Origin: Chloroflexota bacterium
GTDB lineage: Bacteria > Chloroflexota > Dehalococcoidia > UBA2979
Reading direction: 5' to 3'
NCBI GenBank assembly: GCA_009840945.1
Contig: VXMU01000044.1
Span: forward strand, 15,945 to 79,944
DNA: 64,000 bases
Positions 59,255-64,000 of the stretch are shown here, in pieces. How positions within the stretch are numbered: position 1 is the first letter of the stretch; every line of letters starts with the position of its first letter. The position numbers and the translations under genes are program-made. The notes under the pieces were generated by a model. That model saw only the letters and a program-made list of their open reading frames with translations. It did no database searches and was not told the origin of the DNA.

Positions 59255-60046
59255 CTACGAGACGAACGCTCGCACGAGCGCGGCCAGCTCCCTGGGCCGC
59301 TCGACCTCCACCATGTGCCCGGCGCCCTCGACGACCTCCAGGCGGGCGTTGGGCAGGGCGTCGCGGTACTGCCGCCCCACGCTGCGCGGGACCACGCCGT
59401 CCTCGCCGCCCCAGACGAGCAGCGTCGGCGTCTCGACCTCCGCGAGGAGGTAGGGGAGGCGCCAGTCCCACATATAGGGCTTCCAGGTCAGGCGCGCGGT
59501 CATCTCGCGGCTGAAGTCCCACAGCTCGCGCGTGGCGGCGTCTGGCTGCTCGCCGAACTCCGCCTCGAACGCTGCCTGGTCGGCGAAGCAGGCCCGCACG
59601 TAGACCTCGTAGGCCAGCATCATCTGGTCGAGGATCTCGCCCTCGTCGGGCCGGATCCCGGGCGTGCCGACCAGCACCAGCCGCTCGAAGCGCTGCTGCT
59701 GGAGCACGGCCATCTCGGCAGCGACCCAGCCCCCGAAGCCGAGGCCGACGACCGAGACGCGGTCGAGGCCGATCCGGTCGAGCGCCCGATGGAGCAGGAT
59801 CGCGAGGTCACGCGGCTCGCGCGCCCAGTCGGGGCGCTCGGACTGCCCGTAGCCCGGCAGGTCCGGGACCATGGTGCGCGCCGCGCCGCTCAGCTCCTCG
59901 TGGAACGGCAGCCAGCCCGGGTTGCCCGTCGAGCGATGCAGGACCAGCAGGGGCGTGCCCGCGCCGGCGCCTGCCTCCAGGTACTGCACGCGCAGCCCCG
60001 CCACCTGCACGGCGGCCTCGGTCCATGCGGCGTTCGAGGTCGTCAT
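59255..60046 (-). CDS. Alpha/beta-hydrolase-fold protein
   Basis: ..PLLVLHRSTGN..; nucleophile elbow GLGFGG. Confidence 0.8.
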   Translation of the reverse strand: MTTSNAAWTEAAVQVAGLRVQYLEAGAGAGTPLLVLHRSTGNPGWLPFHEELSGAARTMVPDLPGYGQSERPDWAREPRDLAILLHRALDRIGLDRVSVVGLGFGGWVAAEMAVLQQQRFERLVLVGTPGIRPDEGEILDQMMLAYEVYVRACFADQAAFEAEFGEQPDAATRELWDFSREMTARLTWKPYMWDWRLPYLLAEVETPTLLVWGGEDGVVPRSVGRQYRDALPNARLEVVEGAGHMVEVERPRELAALVRAFVS

Positions 60047-60064
60047 CGCCGTGTCGCGTCCGCG

Positions 60065-61390
60065 CTAGCCGACGCTGCCGAGCGGCGGGTCGAAGTCGTA
60101 CGGGCCCGGCAGGTTGAGGTCGTCGCCGATCTGCCGCATCGCCGGGAGGACGTGCTTGCCCATGAGGGTGAGGCTGCTCATCGCGTCCTCGTGCGACATG
60201 GCGCCGTCGCCGTCCCAGAGGAAGACCGTGCCGAGCTCCAGCGTCTCGACGACGTGGTGCATGCGCTCGATCACCGTCTCCGGCGAGCCCACGACGATGT
60301 TGAAGCGCTCGATCTGCTTGTCGTAGCTGCCCGAGAAGTCGCGCTCATGGTCCGGCACGCGCGGCGCCTTCGGCTGCGGCGGCGCCTCGGCGGTGTCGAC
60401 GCCGCGCGCCTTCGCCTGCGCGCGGTCGCGCTTCATCGGCAGCATCTCACCCTTGCGCGGGCTCAGCCCGGGCAGGCTCTGGAGGTGCTGTCGCACCTCC
60501 CCCTGGTTGCCCTCGATAAACGGGTTCGAGGGCCCCTGCAGGTACTTGCGGCCGACCTCGTAGGCGTGCTCGTCGCTCTCCTCGACGTGGACCTTGATGA
60601 CGTAACCGAAGTTCTCCGGCCCCGCCTCGTAGCCCACGTTCGAGGCGCACTCGCGGTAGTAGTCGAAGGACTCGCGCACGGCCTCGAGCTCACCGCCGAG
60701 CATGATGTACGGGTAGCGGTGCTCGGCGGCCCAGCGCAGCGTGTTCTTGCTGAGGGTGCCGGGGATCCAGATCGGCGGGTGCGGCTGCTGCATCGGCCGT
60801 GACCACGGGTTCACGTAGCGGTACTGGAAGTGCTTGCCCTCCCAGCGGAACGGGCCGTCGGTGGTCCACGTCTTGATGACGAAGTCGTGCGCCTCCTGGA
60901 AGCGCTCCCAGTTGAAGGGCGACTGCGCGTTGTGGGCCACGCTCTCGCGGCCCGTCCCGCGCACCCAGCCCGGCACGAGGCGACCGCCGGAGATCAGGTC
61001 GATCTCCGCGAGCTCCTCGGCCAGCCACATCGGGTCGTCCCAGATCGGGAGCACGTTGCCGAGCAGCACGATCTTCGCCTTCTTCGTGATGCGGGCGAGG
61101 ATGGCGGCCTCGACGTTGATGGCGCCGCCCATGCAGAAGAGGCTGGCGTGGTGCTCGTTGAGCATCAGGCCGTCGAAGCCCATCTCCTCGGCGTAGACCT
61201 TCTCGTCCAGGTAGCGGTTGTAGAGCTGGTGCGCGACGCGCGGGTTGTAGAGCCCGTTGCTCGTCCCCAGGTCGATGGCGCCGGGCGCGTCGCCGGGGGC
61301 GAAGAGCTGGCCACCCTCGGTGAGGAAGGCGCCGGAGATGCCAGCCTCGGGGTCCTGGTAGGGGCGTTCGGTGAAGTAGCCAAGGAACAC
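60065..61390 (-). CDS. LLM-class (luciferase-like) flavin/F420-dependent oxidoreductase
   Basis: ..AEEMGFDGLMLNEHH.. TIM-barrel LLM signature. Confidence 0.8.
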   Translation of the reverse strand: MFLGYFTERPYQDPEAGISGAFLTEGGQLFAPGDAPGAIDLGTSNGLYNPRVAHQLYNRYLDEKVYAEEMGFDGLMLNEHHASLFCMGGAINVEAAILARITKKAKIVLLGNVLPIWDDPMWLAEELAEIDLISGGRLVPGWVRGTGRESVAHNAQSPFNWERFQEAHDFVIKTWTTDGPFRWEGKHFQYRYVNPWSRPMQQPHPPIWIPGTLSKNTLRWAAEHRYPYIMLGGELEAVRESFDYYRECASNVGYEAGPENFGYVIKVHVEESDEHAYEVGRKYLQGPSNPFIEGNQGEVRQHLQSLPGLSPRKGEMLPMKRDRAQAKARGVDTAEAPPQPKAPRVPDHERDFSGSYDKQIERFNIVVGSPETVIERMHHVVETLELGTVFLWDGDGAMSHEDAMSSLTLMGKHVLPAMRQIGDDLNLPGPYDFDPPLGSVG

Positions 61391-61429
61391 GGTGGCCTCC
61401 TCGGTGGCTGGGTGCGCGATGCGCGGAGT

Positions 61430-61651
61430 CTACTCCAGCGGGGCGATCCTGCCGATCGGCTCAGCTCGGCGGGCGCGTCCCCACGCTGTCCGAAGCTCGG
61501 CCTGATGAAGCGATGCCCACTCCATCACGAGCCCGCGCGCGCGGGGCGGCAGCCGCCCGGAGAGCACGTCCAAGCTCTCGATCTCGACGGTGGCCTCGTA
61601 CTCGCCATAGCGGGCGTGGGGGTGAGGAGGAGCGTGATCGTTGAAGTACAT
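61430..61651 (-). CDS. DUF4160-domain protein
   Basis: N-terminal MYFNDHAPPHPHARYGEYEA is the DUF4160 signature. Confidence 0.7.
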   Translation of the reverse strand: MYFNDHAPPHPHARYGEYEATVEIESLDVLSGRLPPRARGLVMEWASLHQAELRTAWGRARRAEPIGRIAPLE

Positions 61652-61681
61652 CCGGACGACGATGCCGTAGAACGGCAGAGT

Positions 61682-61972
61682 TCACGCATCGTCCACCGGG
61701 CGGCGGAGGCCCGGCATGATCTGGTCGGGAGTCTTCCCCGTGAGCTGGAGGTAGAGCGCGTCGGGGCAGAGTTCGATGTCTTCACCCCAGGCGATCCCGC
61801 CATGCGGCTCGATGCGGACTGCTTCGAAGAACGCCCGGTCAGCCCATGCCCGGAACACGCCCGTGTCGGCGAGGTCTGACAGGTCGACCTCGCCCTCGGC
61901 CCCGTCCTCGTAGGACAGCCAGATTCGGCATCCGCGACGAGGCTCGACGGCGGTTGGGGCTACTACTGGCAT
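61682..61972 (-). CDS. DUF2442-domain protein (usual partner of DUF4160)
   Basis: ..IWLSYEDGAEGEVDLSDL..FFEAVRIEPHGGIAWGEDIELCPDALY matches DUF2442. Confidence 0.65.
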   Translation of the reverse strand: MPVVAPTAVEPRRGCRIWLSYEDGAEGEVDLSDLADTGVFRAWADRAFFEAVRIEPHGGIAWGEDIELCPDALYLQLTGKTPDQIMPGLRRPVDDA

Positions 61973-62019
61973 GCGCTCGCTACTCCTGCACCGAGTCAGT
62001 TGAGGGCCCGCTGTGCCTG

Positions 62020-63057
62020 CTACTGGACCGGCAGCGGCGGCTGCCACCACCACGGCCGCGCGCTGACCTCGATCGCCACCACCCACTTCACCCAGTGGTA
62101 GCCGCGCCGGCCCGGCACGACGAGGCGTGCGGGGAAGCCGTGCCCGGCGCTCAGCCGCTCACCGCCGACGTGCGTCGCGAGCAGCAGCTCGCGCGCCTCG
62201 CCCAGCGGGAAGCGCCGCGAGTACCCCGTCGCGGAGCGCACGACGACGCTCGCGGCGTCGTCGCCCACGCGGGCGCGGTCGAGGAGCGCGCCGAGGCGTA
62301 CCCCCGTCCAGTCCTGCGTCGTGTACCAGCCGCCGGTGCAGTCGAGCGTCGCGCGGACCTCCGTCGAGTCGAGCGCCTCGACGTCCTCGTAGCCCAGCTC
62401 AAGCTCCCGGCCTACCTCGCCGCCGACGTGGAGCCGCCAGCTCGCGCGGTTGAGGTGCTGTCGCTGGTCGCCCAGCCACTGCGTCACGGGGTGGGCGTTG
62501 CCGGTGAAGCTGCCCTCCTCGCGCGAGCCCGTGAACCGCCGGTCGGCGGCCGTGACCGTCGAGACGGCGTCGAGGCCGCGCCACAGCACGAAGCCCGCGC
62601 CGCCGAGCGCGATGGTGCGCAGCGCCGCGCGCCGGCTCGCCATGTCGGCGGGCTTGAAGCGCGGCCAGTGCGCGGCGGTGTGCGTGGCGAACGGGATCAC
62701 GAGCAGCACGGCGAGGACGGCGTGCAGGACCATCGGGCGCATCGAGCCGTAACCCGGGATCGGAGCCTCGGGCGCCCAGCCGAGCACCCACAGCAGCCCG
62801 ACGACGAGCGTGGCGAGGAAGAGCAGCCCGAGGAGCGCCGATGGCACGGCCCACAGCCCCGCGCCCTGCCGGATGAGCGAGCGCATGACGATGCGCCACT
62901 TCCACACGAGGAGCACGATCAGCGTCATCCCGCCGATGCCGTGTACCCACAGCACCCAGGCCCCATCGGGGCTCCCGGTGAGGTAGCTGCCGACGCCCGA
63001 GGCCAGCTCGAGTAGCAGCAGGGCGAAGATCGAGAGGTTCGTCGCGCGTGCGCTCAC
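62020..63057 (-). CDS. Membrane-anchored sulfite-oxidase-family molybdopterin oxidoreductase (N-terminal 4-TM domain fused to a Mo-binding domain; MsrQ/MsrP-like fusion)
   Basis: N-terminal TM helices with His residues; C-terminal ..HLNRASWRLHVGGEV..LDCTGGWYTTQDWTGV.. Oxidored_molyb signature. Confidence 0.7.
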   Translation of the reverse strand: MSARATNLSIFALLLLELASGVGSYLTGSPDGAWVLWVHGIGGMTLIVLLVWKWRIVMRSLIRQGAGLWAVPSALLGLLFLATLVVGLLWVLGWAPEAPIPGYGSMRPMVLHAVLAVLLVIPFATHTAAHWPRFKPADMASRRAALRTIALGGAGFVLWRGLDAVSTVTAADRRFTGSREEGSFTGNAHPVTQWLGDQRQHLNRASWRLHVGGEVGRELELGYEDVEALDSTEVRATLDCTGGWYTTQDWTGVRLGALLDRARVGDDAASVVVRSATGYSRRFPLGEARELLLATHVGGERLSAGHGFPARLVVPGRRGYHWVKWVVAIEVSARPWWWQPPLPVQ

Positions 63058-63188
63058 GGGCAGGCCTCCGCGCGCTGGGTACGTTGGCTTCCAGCCTACA
63101 CGGGGCGCGGGGGGCGGACGGCGCCGCGCGCTATCATCGCCGCGCCTCGCACCGTGGCGGGGCGAGGGCGATGCGAGGGGGTCGAGGC

Positions 63189-64000
63189 ATGACGGAGTCG
63201 CTGGTAGGCCGAGTGGCCGTCGTTACCGGGGCGGGTCGCGGCATCGGCGCGGCCACAGCCCGGCAGCTTGCGATCATGGGTGCGCGCGTCGTGGTCAACG
63301 ACCCGGGCGTGAACCGCGCGGGCGAGGGCGGCGACCGCGGCCCCGCCGACGGCGTCGTACGCGCCATCGCCGAGGCCGGCGGCACGGCCGTCGCGAACTA
63401 CGATTCGGTGGCCGACTTCGAGTCGGCCGGCCGCATCATCGAGACGGCGCGGCGCGAGTTCGGCGGTATCGACATCCTCGTGAACAACGCCGGGGTCTCG
63501 GCGGGGGCGCCCATCCAGCAGCTTGAGCCGGAGCTCTTCAACACCGTCGTCGGCATCCACCTCCACGGCACCTACAACTGCACGCGCCACGCCGTCCCCG
63601 ACATGGTCGAGGCGGGGTGGGGCCGCATCGTGAACCTCGTCTCGCGGGCCGGGCTGATCGGCTCCGCGGGCGCGGCAGCCTACGCGGCGGGGAAGGGCGG
63701 CATCTACGGCTTCACGAACGCCGTCGCGCGCGACCTCGAACCGCTTGGCGTGACGGTGAACGCGGTCAACCCGGCCGCGACGGTCACGCGCATGGTCACC
63801 GAGGCGATGGAGGAGGCGCGCGAGCGCGGGCTCGACGAGGAGTCGAGGGAGCGGATGCTCGCCATCGCGCAGCAGCCCGACGAGCTTGCGACGGTGATCG
63901 CGTTCCTGTGCACGGAGGAAGCGGGCGGGATCAGCGGCCAGACGTTCTTCGTGCAGAACGGCGCCGTCGGCCTGTTCGCCCCGCTCCAGGTCACGCAGAC
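63189..64000 (+). CDS. SDR-family oxidoreductase (3' end truncated by the window edge)
   Basis: TGAGRGIGAA, NNAG, YAAGK. Confidence 0.8.
   Translation, partial: MTESLVGRVAVVTGAGRGIGAATARQLAIMGARVVVNDPGVNRAGEGGDRGPADGVVRAIAEAGGTAVANYDSVADFESAGRIIETARREFGGIDILVNNAGVSAGAPIQQLEPELFNTVVGIHLHGTYNCTRHAVPDMVEAGWGRIVNLVSRAGLIGSAGAAAYAAGKGGIYGFTNAVARDLEPLGVTVNAVNPAATVTRMVTEAMEEARERGLDEESRERMLAIAQQPDELATVIAFLCTEEAGGISGQTFFVQNGAVGLFAPLQVTQ

Overview
This is a ~70% GC bacterial chromosomal segment, most likely actinobacterial-type. It is densely coding with no rRNA, tRNA, CRISPR array, transposase or integrase detected by eye. The left end is a heat-shock cluster: hsp20 divergent from dnaJ-hspR-(hypothetical)-clpB, with an HspR operator (HAIR-like) in the shared promoter. 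Next come a tandem DsbA-like protein plus VKOR, a LysE exporter, a PQQ-type sugar dehydrogenase, an MFS pump, argC, an ArfB-like release-factor protein, a Liv-type binding protein, an NCS2 permease, clpS and detoxification/cofactor enzymes (PPOX, GNAT, cyclase, NIPSNAP, two CMD paralogs, ADH, tag, an aminotransferase, redoxins). The middle carries a TPP-riboswitch-controlled ABC importer, an APH-like kinase/P-loop fusion, a DEAD-box helicase, purU, a truncated haemoglobin and a low-GC Fic gene. The right third is a catabolic-looking cluster: three CaiB/BaiF domains, an OFA-type MFS, SDRs, SMP-30, LLM, an alpha/beta hydrolase and a family-5 binding protein. The most notable findings are listed below.
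- A thioredoxin-fold 'redoxin' gene is interrupted by a single in-frame TGA exactly at the first position of its CxxC active site (UPYC), followed by a small hairpin. This is a candidate selenoprotein.
- A ~1 kb lower-GC islet is flanked by 25-bp direct repeats that duplicate the 3' end of a GAF gene. It carries a small unknown protein translationally coupled to a dCTP-deaminase-family protein.
- A family of GC-rich nested palindromic repeats (cores CCCTCTCCC/GGGAGAGGG and GGGTGAGGGTCC) occupies three convergent intergenic regions.
- A lipoprotein is built from four tandem sCache_2-like sensor repeats with no output domain.
- There is an orphan HepT-like gene whose RN..H motif reads RD..Y.
- There is a class-II-like Fic gene behind a 14-bp inverted repeat with reiterated CTACTA/TAGTAG motifs.
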